A stretch of DNA of 17,675 bases from a virus. The stretch is from the UHGV virus genome UHGV-0262902. One strand, given 5' to 3'. Of this stretch, positions 1 through 8,859 are shown piece by piece. The first letter of the stretch is position 1, and every line of letters starts with the position of its first letter. Both the position numbers and the translations under genes were made by a program. The notes beneath the pieces were generated by a model. The model had not been told where the DNA came from, did no database searches, and worked only from the letters and a program-made list of their open reading frames with translations.

Positions 1-3
1 TCC

Positions 4-136
4 AATAACATTGATGGAGATCACTGAATAACAAAATGAGTCAAAAGTGATCTCCATCGATGTTATTCAGCGATCTGTTCAAATGTTATTACCCGATCTC
101 GATGGAAGTTATTGAGTGATCTCCTTTCATGAAAAT
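4..136. repeat. Iteron-like array: 22-bp inverted repeat (4-25 vs 46-67, one mismatch) followed by 23-bp direct repeats with phased GATC sites
   Basis: Read directly: GATC at 19-22, 49-52, 72-75, 95-98 and 118-121, the last four exactly 23 bp apart; TGTTATT at 61-67 and 84-90, AGTTATT at 107-113; approximate unit agNGATCtcN6TGTTATT. No ORF spans it (stops in all + frames by position 30). Confidence 0.6.
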
Positions 137-217
137 ACGCAGGCGGCACGCCGGTCAGTGAGGGTGAATCACCTGACACTGCACCGGCGTCCACCGCCCG
201 ACTTTTCAGAGGTAGTC

Positions 218-727
218 ATGATGACGCTGATTATTCCGCGAAAGGAGGCTCCCGTGTCCGGTGAGGGTACGGTGGTCATCCCGCAACCGGCAGGCGACGA
301 GCCGGTGATTAAAAACACGTTCTTTTTTCCCGATATCGACCCGAAGCGCGTCCGGGAACGTATGCGCCTTGAGCAGACCGTCGCCCCCGCCCGTCTGCGT
401 GAGGCCATCAAGTCAGGCATGGCGGAGACGAATGCGGAGCTGTACGAGTACCGCGAACAGAAAATTGCCGCCGGTTTTACGCGTCTGGCGGACGTCCCGG
501 CGGACGACATCGACGGTGAAAGCATCAAGGTTTTTTACTACGAGCGCGCCGTGTGTGCGATGGCGACCGCGTCGCTTTATGAGCGTTACCGCGGCGTGGA
601 TGCCAGTGCGAAAGGCGACAAGAAGGCTGACAGCATTGACAGCACCATCGATGAACTGTGGCGGGATATGCGCTGGGCGGTGGCGCGTATCCAGGACAAG
701 CCGCGCTGCATCGTGAGTCAAATCTGA
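218..727 (+). CDS. L: Head completion/stabilization protein gpL (169 aa)
   Basis: ATG at 218 after GAGG at 209-212; product begins MMTLIIPRKEAPVSGEG, matching P2 gpL from memory in sequence and length. The ORF-track start at 116 is a GTG extension through the repeat region. Confidence 0.85.
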   Translation: MMTLIIPRKEAPVSGEGTVVIPQPAGDEPVIKNTFFFPDIDPKRVRERMRLEQTVAPARLREAIKSGMAETNAELYEYREQKIAAGFTRLADVPADDIDGESIKVFYYERAVCAMATASLYERYRGVDASAKGDKKADSIDSTIDELWRDMRWAVARIQDKPRCIVSQI

Positions 728-930
728 TGAAGACCTTTGCGCTACAGGGCGACACGCTCGACGCCATTTGTGTCCGGTATTACGGGCGCACTGAGGGCGT
801 GGTTGAGACCGTGCTCGCCGCAAATCCGGGACTGGCTGAACTGGGTGTGGTGCTGCCACACGGCACCGCCGTCGAACTGCCCGATGTTCAGACCGCGCCC
901 GTGGCTGAAACTGTCAATCTGTGGGAGTAA
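727..930 (+). CDS. X: Tail protein X (67 aa)
   Basis: ATG at 727 overlaps the L stop (TGATG); product MKTFALQGDTLDAICVRYYG... fits P2 gpX in length and position. Confidence 0.8.
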   Translation: MKTFALQGDTLDAICVRYYGRTEGVVETVLAANPGLAELGVVLPHGTAVELPDVQTAPVAETVNLWE

Positions 931-933
931 CGC

Positions 934-1215
934 ATGACAGCAGAAGAAAAAAGCGTCCTGTCGCTTTTCATGATTGGGGTGCTGATTGTTGTCGGCAAGG
1001 TGCTTGCCGGTGGTGAACCCATCACCCCGCGTCTGTTTATCGGGCGCATGTTGCTCGGTGGTTTTGTCTCGATGGTTGCCGGTGTTGTTCTGGTGCAGTT
1101 TCCTGACCTGTCACTGCCTGCGGTGTGCGGCATCGGCTCCATGCTGGGTATCGCCGGTTATCAGGTGATTGAGATTGCCATTCAGCGCCGCTTTAAGGGC
1201 AGGGGGAAACCGTAA
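934..1215 (+). CDS. Y: Holin (93 aa)
   Basis: Small protein with hydrophobic segments (LSLFMIGVLIVVGKVLAGG, GGFVSMVAGVVLVQF) and a basic C-terminus, sitting immediately before the endolysin gene; matches P2 Y in size and position. Confidence 0.8.
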   Translation: MTAEEKSVLSLFMIGVLIVVGKVLAGGEPITPRLFIGRMLLGGFVSMVAGVVLVQFPDLSLPAVCGIGSMLGIAGYQVIEIAIQRRFKGRGKP

Positions 1216-1712
1216 TGCCGGTAATTAACACGCATCAGAATATCGCCGCCTTTCTCGACATGCTGGCCGTGTCCGAAGGGACGGCGAATCATCCGCTGAC
1301 GAAAAACCGGGGCTATGACGTGATAGTCACCGGACTGGACGGGAAGCCGGAAATTTTCACTGACTACAGTGACCACCCGTTCGCGCATGGCCGACCGGCG
1401 AAGGTGTTTAACCGTCGCGGTGAAAAATCCACGGCCTCCGGTCGCTATCAGCAGCTTTACCTGTTCTGGCCGCACTACCGCAAACAGCTTGCCCTGCCGG
1501 ATTTCAGTCCGTTGTCACAGGACAGGCTCGCCATTCAGTTGATCCGCGAACGCGGTGCACTGGATGACATCCGGGCGGGACGCATTGAGCGCGCCATTTC
1601 ACGCTGTCGCAATATCTGGGCGTCCCTGCCGGGTGCCGGTTACGGTCAGCGTGAGCATTCACTGGAAAAACTGGTCACCGTCTGGCGTACCGCCGGCGGT
1701 GTACCAGCTTAA
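1215..1712 (+). CDS. K: Endolysin (165 aa)
   Basis: ATG at 1215 overlaps the holin stop (TAATG); product MPVINTHQNIAAFLDMLAVSEGT... matches P2 gpK in length and position after the holin. Confidence 0.85.
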   Translation: MPVINTHQNIAAFLDMLAVSEGTANHPLTKNRGYDVIVTGLDGKPEIFTDYSDHPFAHGRPAKVFNRRGEKSTASGRYQQLYLFWPHYRKQLALPDFSPLSQDRLAIQLIRERGALDDIRAGRIERAISRCRNIWASLPGAGYGQREHSLEKLVTVWRTAGGVPA

Positions 1713-1726
1713 ACGGAGTAAACACC

Positions 1727-2152
1727 ATGAAGAAATTATCCCTTTCACTGATGCTGAATGTGTCGCTGGCGCTGATGCTGGCACTGTCCCTGATTTACCC
1801 GCAGAGCGTGGCCGTCAATTTTGTCGCCGCCTGGGCGATTCTGGCGACGGTTATCTGTGTGGTTGCCGGTGGTGTCGGCGTGTATGCCACTGAGTATGTG
1901 CTGGAACGCTACGGGCGGGAGCTGCCACCGGAATCGCTGGCCGTGAAGATTGTCACGTCGCTGTTTTTGCAGCCGGTGCCGTGGTGCAGACGGGCAGTGG
2001 CTCTGGTGGCGATGGTGGCGACATTTATCTCGCTGGTCGCCGCCGGATGGATTTTTACCGCGCTGATTTATCTTGTGGCGTCGCTGTTTTTCCGGCTGAT
2101 ACGTAAAGCCTGTCGTCAGCGTCTTGAGGGGCGGGAATTATGTCAAAGCTGA
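1727..2152 (+). CDS. lysA: LysA-like membrane lysis accessory protein (141 aa)
   Basis: GGAG at 1714-1717 before ATG 1727; strongly hydrophobic multi-helix product; position and size as P2 lysA. Confidence 0.75.
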   Translation: MKKLSLSLMLNVSLALMLALSLIYPQSVAVNFVAAWAILATVICVVAGGVGVYATEYVLERYGRELPPESLAVKIVTSLFLQPVPWCRRAVALVAMVATFISLVAAGWIFTALIYLVASLFFRLIRKACRQRLEGRELCQS

Positions 2153-2565
2153 TGATTGTGCTGGTCGTGTTGTTATCGCTGGCGGTGGCCGGTCTGTTTC
2201 TGGTGAAACACAAAAATGCCAGCCTGCGCGCCTCGCTGGACAGGGCGAATAACGTCGCCAGTGAACAGCAGACGACCATCACCATGCTGAAAAATCAGCT
2301 TCATGTTGCCATCACCAGGGCAGACAAAAACGAGCTGGCGCAGGTGGCACTGCGTCAGGAACTGGAGAACGCCGCGAAGCGTGAAGCACAGCGCGAGAAA
2401 ACCATCACGAGGTTACTCAATGAAAACGAAGATTTTCGCCGCTGGTACGGCGATGACCTGCCTGATGCTGTGCGCCGGTTGCACCAGCGCCCCGCCTGCA
2501 CCGACGCCAGTGATTGTCCACAACGCCTGCCCGAAAGTGAGCCTTTGCCCGATGCCGGGCAGTGA
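2140..2565 (+). CDS. lysB: LysB, i-spanin (Rz-like; 141 aa)
   Basis: N-terminal transmembrane segment (MSKLMIVLVVLLSLAVAGLFLV) followed by a charged, helix-prone periplasmic domain; start overlaps lysA end. Confidence 0.8.
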   Translation: MSKLMIVLVVLLSLAVAGLFLVKHKNASLRASLDRANNVASEQQTTITMLKNQLHVAITRADKNELAQVALRQELENAAKREAQREKTITRLLNENEDFRRWYGDDLPDAVRRLHQRPACTDASDCPQRLPESEPLPDAGQ

Positions 2566-2710
2566 CCCGCAGACGAACGGCGATTTAAGTGCCGATATCC
2601 GGCAGCTTGAGAACGCGCTGGCGCGCTGTGCCAGCCAGGTAAAAATGATTAAACACTGTCAGGACGAAAACGATGCTCAAACCCGACAGCCTGCGCAGGG
2701 CGCTGACTGA
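2420..2710 (+). CDS. lysC: LysC, o-spanin lipoprotein (Rz1-like; 96 aa)
   Basis: Alternate frame overlapping the 3' part of lysB; GAGG at 2409-2412 before ATG 2420; product MKTKIFAAGTAMTCLMLCAGCTS has a lipobox-like signal and is Pro-rich. Confidence 0.75.
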   Translation: MKTKIFAAGTAMTCLMLCAGCTSAPPAPTPVIVHNACPKVSLCPMPGSDPQTNGDLSADIRQLENALARCASQVKMIKHCQDENDAQTRQPAQGAD

Positions 2711-3140
2711 TGCCGTCACGGTACTGAAAACTAACCCCGATATGCTGCGGATATTCGTGGATAACGGGAGTATTGCCTCCACACTGGCGACGTCGCTGTC
2801 ATTCGAAAAGCGTTACACGCTCAATGTCATTGTGACCGACTTTACCGGTGATTTTGACCTGCTCATCGTGCCGGTGCTGGCGTGGCTGCGGGAAAATCAG
2901 CCCGACATCATGACCACCGACGAAGGCCAGAAAAAGGGCTTCACGTTTTATGCAGACATCAACAATGACAGCAGCTTTGATATCAGCATCAGCCTGATGC
3001 TGACCGAGCGAACGCTGGTCAGTGAGGTGGACGGCGCACTGCATGTGAAGAATATCCCGGAACCCCCGCCGCCGGAGCCGGTCACCCGCCCGGTGGAGCT
3101 TTATATCAATGGCGAACTGGTGAGCAAGTGGGATGAATGA
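2673..3140 (+). CDS. R: Tail completion protein gpR (155 aa)
   Basis: Length and position match P2 R; start overlaps lysC 3' end, stop overlaps the S start. Confidence 0.85.
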   Translation: MLKPDSLRRALTDAVTVLKTNPDMLRIFVDNGSIASTLATSLSFEKRYTLNVIVTDFTGDFDLLIVPVLAWLRENQPDIMTTDEGQKKGFTFYADINNDSSFDISISLMLTERTLVSEVDGALHVKNIPEPPPPEPVTRPVELYINGELVSKWDE

Positions 3141-3585
3141 GTTTAAGCGTTTTGAAGACCGGCTGACCGGACTGATTGAATCGCTGTCACCGTCAGGGCG
3201 TCGGCGACTGAGTGCCGAACTGGCGAAACGTCTGCGGCAGAGTCAGCAGCGTCGGGTGATGGCTCAGAAAGCCCCGGACGGCACACCCTACGCGCCACGC
3301 CAGCAGCAGAGCGCCAGAAAAAAGACTGGTCGTGTTAAGCGAAAAATGTTTGCGAAACTTATCACCAGTCGTTTTTTGCATATCCGCGCCAGCCCGGAAC
3401 AGGCATCAATGGAGTTTTACGGCGGGAAGTCACCGAAAATCGCCAGTGTGCATCAGTTCGGTCTGTCGGAAGAAAACCGGAAAGACGGTAAGAAAATTGA
3501 TTATCCGGCGCGTCCCCTGCTCGGCTTTACCGGTGAGGATGTGCAGATGATTGAAGAGATTATTCTGGCTCACCTCGACCGTTAG
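3133..3585 (+). CDS. S: Tail completion protein gpS (150 aa)
   Basis: ATG at 3133 overlapping the R stop; length and position match P2 S. Confidence 0.85.
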   Translation: MNEFKRFEDRLTGLIESLSPSGRRRLSAELAKRLRQSQQRRVMAQKAPDGTPYAPRQQQSARKKTGRVKRKMFAKLITSRFLHIRASPEQASMEFYGGKSPKIASVHQFGLSEENRKDGKKIDYPARPLLGFTGEDVQMIEEIILAHLDR

Positions 3586-3651
3586 TTGTGCCATTCCCGA
3601 CACCTCATCGTTACATTGCCGCCGGTATGACCCGGCGGCATCCTTCCCGTT

Positions 3652-4287
3652 ATGAACACTCTCGCAAATATCCAGGAACTCGCGCGCGCACTGCGCAACA
3701 TGATCCGCACCGGCCTTGTCGTCGAAACCAACCTTAAAGCCGGTCGCTGCCGTGTGCAGACCGGCGGCATGTGCACCGACTGGCTTCAGTGGCTGACCTG
3801 TCGTGCCGGGCGTTCGCGCACATGGTGGGCGCCTTCCGTGGGGGAGCAGGTGCTGATTCTGGCCGTGGGCGGTGAACTTGACACGGCGTTTGTTCTGCCG
3901 GGGATTTATTCCGGCGATAACCCCGCGCCGTCTGCGTCGGCGGATGCCCTGCATATCCGTTTCCCTGACGGGGCGGTGATTGAGTATGAACCCGAAACCA
4001 GTGCACTCACGGTAAGCGGAATTAAAACGGCCAGCGTGACGGCTTCTGATTCTGTTACTGCCACGGTGCCGGTGGTCATGGTGAAAGCATCAACCCGCGT
4101 CACTCTGGACACGCCGGAGGTGGTCTGCACAAACAAGCTGATCACCGGCACGCTGGAAGTGCAGAAGGGCGGGACGATGCGCGGCAACATTGAACACACC
4201 GGCGGTGAACTCTCATCAAACGGTAAGGTACTGCATACCCATAAACACCCCGGCGACAGCGGCGGCACAACCGGGGGACCTATATGA
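3652..4287 (+). CDS. V: Baseplate central spike gpV (211 aa)
   Basis: First gene of the baseplate block; length matches P2 gpV; stop overlaps W start. Confidence 0.85.
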   Translation: MNTLANIQELARALRNMIRTGLVVETNLKAGRCRVQTGGMCTDWLQWLTCRAGRSRTWWAPSVGEQVLILAVGGELDTAFVLPGIYSGDNPAPSASADALHIRFPDGAVIEYEPETSALTVSGIKTASVTASDSVTATVPVVMVKASTRVTLDTPEVVCTNKLITGTLEVQKGGTMRGNIEHTGGELSSNGKVLHTHKHPGDSGGTTGGPI

Positions 4288-4631
4288 CAGCGCGTTATCT
4301 CGGAATGAATCGCAGTGATGGCCTGACTGTCACTGACCTTGAGCATATCAGCCAGAGTATCGGCGATATCCTGCGCACACCGGTCGGCTCACGGGTGATG
4401 CGTCGTGATTACGGCTCGTTGCTGGCGTCAATGATTGACCAGCCGCAGACCCCGGCGCTTGAGTTGCAGATTAAGGTCGCCTGTTACATGTCCGTGCTGA
4501 AATGGGAACCCCGCGTCACCCTGTCATCCGTCACCACTGAGCGCAGTTTTGACGGGCGAATGACGGTCACGTTAACCGGTCAGCACAACGACACCGGCCA
4601 GCCACTTTCGTTAACCATCCCTGTGAGTTGA
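4284..4631 (+). CDS. W: Baseplate wedge protein gpW (gp25-like; 115 aa)
   Basis: Length and position match P2 gpW between V and J. Confidence 0.85.
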   Translation: MTARYLGMNRSDGLTVTDLEHISQSIGDILRTPVGSRVMRRDYGSLLASMIDQPQTPALELQIKVACYMSVLKWEPRVTLSSVTTERSFDGRMTVTLTGQHNDTGQPLSLTIPVS

Positions 4632-4635
4632 AACC

Positions 4636-5544
4636 ATGCCGATTATCGACCTGAACCAGCTACCCGCACCGGATGTGGTCGAGGAGCTGGACTTTGAAAC
4701 CATTCTCGCTGAACGCAAGGCGACACTGATTTCCCTTTACCCGGAAGACCAGCAGGAGGCGGTCGCCCGTACCCTGACGCTGGAATCCGAGCCTCTCGTC
4801 AAACTGCTGGAGGAAAATGCTTATCGTGAGCTTATCTGGCGTCAGCGTGTGAATGAGGCCGCACGGGCGGTGATGCTGGCCTGTGCCGCCGGTAATGACC
4901 TTGATGTGATTGGTGCCAATTACAACACCACGCGCCTGATTATCACCCCGGCAGATGATTCGACCCTCCCGCCGACACCGGCAGTGATGGAATCTGATAC
5001 CGATTATCGTCTGCGTATTCAGCAGGCGTTTGAAGGTTTAAGCGTCGCCGGGTCGGTGGGGGCCTATCAGTATCATGGTCGCAGTGCCGACGGGCGTGTC
5101 GCGGATATTTCTGTCACCAGTCCGTCTCCGGCCTGCGTCACCATCTCTGTGCTGTCACGTGAAAATAACGGTGTGGCATCCGAAGACCTGCTGGCCGTGG
5201 TGCGTAACGCCCTTAATGGCGAGGACGTCAGGCCGGTGGCCGACCGCGTGACCGTGCAGTCTGCCGCCATTGTTGAATACCAGATAAACGCCACGCTTTA
5301 CCTTTACCCTGGTCCCGAAAGCGAACCCATCCGCGCTGCTGCCGTGAAAAAACTGGAAGCGTACATCACGGCGCAGCACCGGCTGGGGCGCGACATCCGT
5401 CTGTCTGCCATTTATGCCGCTTTGCATGTGGAAGGCGTGCAGCGTGTCGAGCTGGCCGCACCACTGGCCGACATTGTGCTCAACAGTACGCAGGCGTCTT
5501 TCTGTACCGAATACCGCGTCGTGACCGGAGGCTCGGATGAGTGA
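4636..5544 (+). CDS. J: Baseplate assembly protein gpJ (302 aa)
   Basis: Length and position match P2 gpJ; 3' end overlaps the I start. Confidence 0.85.
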   Translation: MPIIDLNQLPAPDVVEELDFETILAERKATLISLYPEDQQEAVARTLTLESEPLVKLLEENAYRELIWRQRVNEAARAVMLACAAGNDLDVIGANYNTTRLIITPADDSTLPPTPAVMESDTDYRLRIQQAFEGLSVAGSVGAYQYHGRSADGRVADISVTSPSPACVTISVLSRENNGVASEDLLAVVRNALNGEDVRPVADRVTVQSAAIVEYQINATLYLYPGPESEPIRAAAVKKLEAYITAQHRLGRDIRLSAIYAALHVEGVQRVELAAPLADIVLNSTQASFCTEYRVVTGGSDE

Positions 5545-6067
5545 TTCGCGCCTGCTGCCGACCGGCTCATCACCGCTTGAAGTCGCCGCCGCAAAAGCCT
5601 GTGCGGAAATTGAAAAAACGCCGGCCAGTATTCGTGAGCTGTGGAACCCGGACACCTGCCCGGCAAATCTGCTGCCGTGGCTGGCGTGGGCGTTTTCGGT
5701 CGACAGGTGGGATGAAAAGTGGCCGGAAGCGACAAAACGCGCCGTTATCCGCGATGCCTATTTCATCCACTGTCATAAAGGCACTATAGGCGCAATCCGG
5801 CGTGTGGTGGAGCCGCTCGGCTATCTCATCAACGTGACGGAGTGGTGGGAAAACAGTGACCCGCCCGGCACCTTCCGGCTTGATATTGGTGTACTGGAAA
5901 GCGGTATCACAGAGGCAATGTATCAGGAAATGGAACGGCTGATTGCCGATGCCAAACCTGCAAGCCGTCACCTTATTGGTCTGAACATTACCCGGGACAT
6001 TCCCGGCTACCTGTTCGCCGGTGGTGTGGCTTACGACGGCGATGTAATTACGGTTTACCCCGGATAA
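5537..6067 (+). CDS. I: Baseplate protein gpI (176 aa)
   Basis: Length and position match P2 gpI, directly upstream of tail-fibre gene H. Confidence 0.85.
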   Translation: MSDSRLLPTGSSPLEVAAAKACAEIEKTPASIRELWNPDTCPANLLPWLAWAFSVDRWDEKWPEATKRAVIRDAYFIHCHKGTIGAIRRVVEPLGYLINVTEWWENSDPPGTFRLDIGVLESGITEAMYQEMERLIADAKPASRHLIGLNITRDIPGYLFAGGVAYDGDVITVYPG

Positions 6068-6077
6068 GTGAGGAAGA

Positions 6078-8075
6078 ATGAGCACAAAATTCAGAACCGT
6101 TATCACCACTGCCGGTGCAGCAAAGCTGGCAGCGGCAACCGCGCCGGGAGGGCGGAAGGTCAACATTACCACGATGGCCGTCGGGGATGGAGGTGGTAAA
6201 TTGCCTGTCCCGGATGCCGGACAGACCGGGCTTATCCATGAAGTCTGGCGACATGCGCTGAACAAAATCAGCCAGGACAAACGAAACAGTAATTATATTA
6301 TCGCAGAGCTGGTTATTCCGCCGGAGGTGGGCGGTTTCTGGATGCGTGAGCTTGGCCTGTACGATGATGCGGGAACATTAATTGCCGTGGCGAACATGGC
6401 CGAAAGTTATAAGCCAGCTCTTGCCGAAGGCTCAGGGCGTTCGCAGACCTGTCGCATGGTCATCATCGTCAGCAGTGTGGCCTCAGTGGCGCTGACCATT
6501 GACACCACAGCGGTGATGGCGACGCAGGATTACGTTGATGACAAAATTGCAGAGCATGGACAGTCACGACGTCACCCGGACGCCTCGCTGACCGCAAAAG
6601 GTTTTACTCAGTTAAGCAATGCGACCAACAGCACGTCTGAAACACTGGCCGCAACGCCGAAAGCGGTAAAGGCCGCGTATGATCTTGCTAACGGGAAATA
6701 CACTGCGCAGGATGCCACCACAGCGCGAAAAGGCCTTGTCCAGCTCAGTAGCGCCACCAACAGCACGTCTGAAACGCTCGCCGCAACACCAAAAGCGGTA
6801 AAGGCAGCATATGACCTTGCTAATGGGAAATACACTGCACAGGACGCCACCACAGCGCGAAAAGGTCTTGTCCAGCTCAGTAGCGCCACCAACAGCGATT
6901 CTGAAACGCTTGCGGCAACGCCAAAGGCGGTTAAGACAGCGTATGACCTTGCTAACGGAAAATACACTGCACAGGACGCCACCACGGCGCGGAAAGGTCT
7001 TGTTCAGCTCAATAGTGCCATCAACAGCGATTCTGAAACGCTGGCTGCAACACCAAAAGCGGTGAAGTCTGCCTATGACAATGCTGAAAAACGTCTTCAG
7101 AAAGATCAAAATGGCGCGGATATTCCTGATAAAAGATTATTCCTGCGCAATATTGGAGCAACAAATTCAACAACCATGTCTTTTAGTGGTGGTACAGGAT
7201 GGTTCAGGCTGGCAACTGTAACCATGCCACAGGCCAGTTCCGTGGTTTACATAAGTCTGATTGGTGGTGCTGGATATAATGTTAACTCCCCTATGCAGGC
7301 TGGTATATCTGAACTTGTTCTTCGTGCGGGAAATGGAAATCCAAAAGGTCTTACTGGTGCGTTATGGCGACGGACATCGGTTGGATTTACTAATTTTGCA
7401 TGGGTGAATACATCCGGTGATACCTATGATGTTTATGTTGAAATAGGTAATTACGCCACAGGTGTTAATATTCAGTGGGATTATACCAGTAACGCCAGCG
7501 TAACGATTCATACATCACCAACTTATACAGCGAATAAACCAACAGGTCTTACAGATGGAACTGTATATGTAATTTACAGTTCGCACATTAAACCGACTGC
7601 TGCTGATGTTGGGGCGTTGTCATTATCTGGAGGTCAATTGAATGGTGCACTGGGCATCGGAACATCCAGTGTTCTTGGCGGTAACTCAATTGTTTTGGGT
7701 GATAATGACACGGGCTTTAAACAAAATGGTGACGGTAATCTGGATGTTTATGCTAATAACGTTCATGTTATGCGCTTTGTCTCCGGTAGCATTCAAAGTA
7801 ATAAAACCATAAATATTACGGGTCGTGTTAATCCCACAGATTACGGTAACTTTGATTCCCGCTATGTCCGGGATATCCGGCTTGGTGGTGCTGCCACATA
7901 CAAACCTGCGAACAATGGCATGACATGGACACATCAGGCACCGTCCGGGTGTGTATATTCCGGCATTATTATTCAGGATACCGGCTCAAACTCTGCCGAT
8001 AACATTGGTGGCGTATATTACAGACCGGTGCAGAAATACATTAACGGGACATGGTATAACGTGGCACAGGTATAA
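6078..8075 (+). CDS. H: Tail fibre protein gpH (665 aa) with internal tandem repeats and an AT-richer distal domain
   Basis: GGAAG before ATG 6078; conserved-looking N-terminus; four 44-aa repeats in the shaft; the region from about 7100 on is visibly lower in GC, as expected for a swapped receptor-binding module. Confidence 0.85.
   Translation: MSTKFRTVITTAGAAKLAAATAPGGRKVNITTMAVGDGGGKLPVPDAGQTGLIHEVWRHALNKISQDKRNSNYIIAELVIPPEVGGFWMRELGLYDDAGTLIAVANMAESYKPALAEGSGRSQTCRMVIIVSSVASVALTIDTTAVMATQDYVDDKIAEHGQSRRHPDASLTAKGFTQLSNATNSTSETLAATPKAVKAAYDLANGKYTAQDATTARKGLVQLSSATNSTSETLAATPKAVKAAYDLANGKYTAQDATTARKGLVQLSSATNSDSETLAATPKAVKTAYDLANGKYTAQDATTARKGLVQLNSAINSDSETLAATPKAVKSAYDNAEKRLQKDQNGADIPDKRLFLRNIGATNSTTMSFSGGTGWFRLATVTMPQASSVVYISLIGGAGYNVNSPMQAGISELVLRAGNGNPKGLTGALWRRTSVGFTNFAWVNTSGDTYDVYVEIGNYATGVNIQWDYTSNASVTIHTSPTYTANKPTGLTDGTVYVIYSSHIKPTAADVGALSLSGGQLNGALGIGTSSVLGGNSIVLGDNDTGFKQNGDGNLDVYANNVHVMRFVSGSIQSNKTINITGRVNPTDYGNFDSRYVRDIRLGGAATYKPANNGMTWTHQAPSGCVYSGIIIQDTGSNSADNIGGVYYRPVQKYINGTWYNVAQV
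6597..7095 (+). repeat. Four tandem in-frame 132-bp (44-aa) repeats inside H
   Basis: Repeat anchors AAAGG at 6597, 6729, 6861 and 6993, each exactly 132 bp apart; peptide unit approx KGLVQLSSATNSTSETLAATPKAVKAAYDLANGKYTAQDATTAR; the fourth copy degenerates after ...AYDNAEKR. Confidence 0.85.
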
Positions 8076-8078
8076 TTT

Positions 8079-8606
8079 ATGCAGCATTTAAAAAATATTA
8101 CGGTGGGTAATCCAAAAACGGTTGAACAATATCAATTGACAAAGGGCTTTGATGTTGTCTGGTTTTTTACAGAAGATGGTAAGAACTGGTACGAAGAACA
8201 AAAGTATTTTGCTGATGACACGATAAAAATAGCGTACGACAAAGATAATATCATCCGCTATGTGGAAAAGGATGTGACAGCTATCAGACCGGATGGATTA
8301 AGTGTGGTTGAAGTGGCGGATATTACTGCTAACCGACGGGCGGATATTTCAGGGGGCTGGATGTTTAAGGACGGCAAAGTGATTAAACGCATTTATACGG
8401 CAGAGGAATTACAGCAGCAGGCAGAAATTCGGAAAGCCAGACTTCTTGCAGATGCTGAATCCGTGATTTTGCCGCTGGAGCGCGCGGTCAGACTGAACAT
8501 GGCAACAGAGGAGGAGCGCACACGGCTGGAGGCTTGGGAACGCTACAGCGTTCTGGTCAGTCGTGTGGATCCTGCAAATCCTGAATGGCCGGAAATGCCG
8601 CAATAA
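8079..8606 (+). CDS. G: Tail fibre assembly chaperone gpG (175 aa)
   Basis: Immediately downstream of H (4-nt gap); length matches P2 gpG; AT-rich like the distal part of H. Confidence 0.8.
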   Translation: MQHLKNITVGNPKTVEQYQLTKGFDVVWFFTEDGKNWYEEQKYFADDTIKIAYDKDNIIRYVEKDVTAIRPDGLSVVEVADITANRRADISGGWMFKDGKVIKRIYTAEELQQQAEIRKARLLADAESVILPLERAVRLNMATEEERTRLEAWERYSVLVSRVDPANPEWPEMPQ

Positions 8607-8859
8607 GTTGTATGAACTCTGGTGTGAGCTTACATATCTATGGCACAGAGTAAAGCCTAATCTGACAGTCCGCTCTGTGCCAAAAGCGGGCGTTGATCAC
8701 ATGGGCTATGCTAACCCATTATAACAGTGTAACAGAGCTACCCACGATTACTCCCGGCCTCTAAAGTTTGCTACATAATAAAGAATCATTCCCTTTAATC
8801 TGATCTTAGCGGTATAGTATCTGGTGACCAGTAAGACAATCACCGACACTACAATCATG

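Noticed and set aside
116-217. N-terminal extension of the L ORF from a GTG at 116
   Set aside because: The extension is translated from the GATC repeat region and has no SD; ATG 218 after GAGG gives the 169-aa size recalled for gpL.
369-859. Alternative-frame ORFs within L and X (369-716 +, 413-859 -, 525-767 -)
   Set aside because: All lie inside the L/X coding region in other frames, with biased Arg/Pro/Ser composition characteristic of off-frame GC-rich sequence.
3430-3954. 174-codon antisense ORF overlapping S and V
   Set aside because: Arg/Gly-rich product typical of antisense GC-rich DNA; spans the S-V junction.
5570-6280. 236-codon antisense ORF spanning the I/H junction
   Set aside because: Antisense to two well-supported genes and crosses their intergenic ribosome-binding region.
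6597-7095. Possible CRISPR array
   Set aside because: 132-bp period with no interleaved unique spacers, and the repeats are in-frame coding sequence of the tail fibre.
6608-7109. Minus- and plus-strand ORFs (6608-6985, 6612-7109, 6811-7065) inside the H repeat array
   Set aside because: Alternative-frame artefacts of the tandem repeat; they are internally repetitive and lie wholly within the well-supported H frame.
8642-8681. Inverted repeat GGCACAGAG...CTCTGTGCC after G as a terminator
   Set aside because: 22-nt loop and no following T-run on either strand; not a convincing intrinsic terminator.
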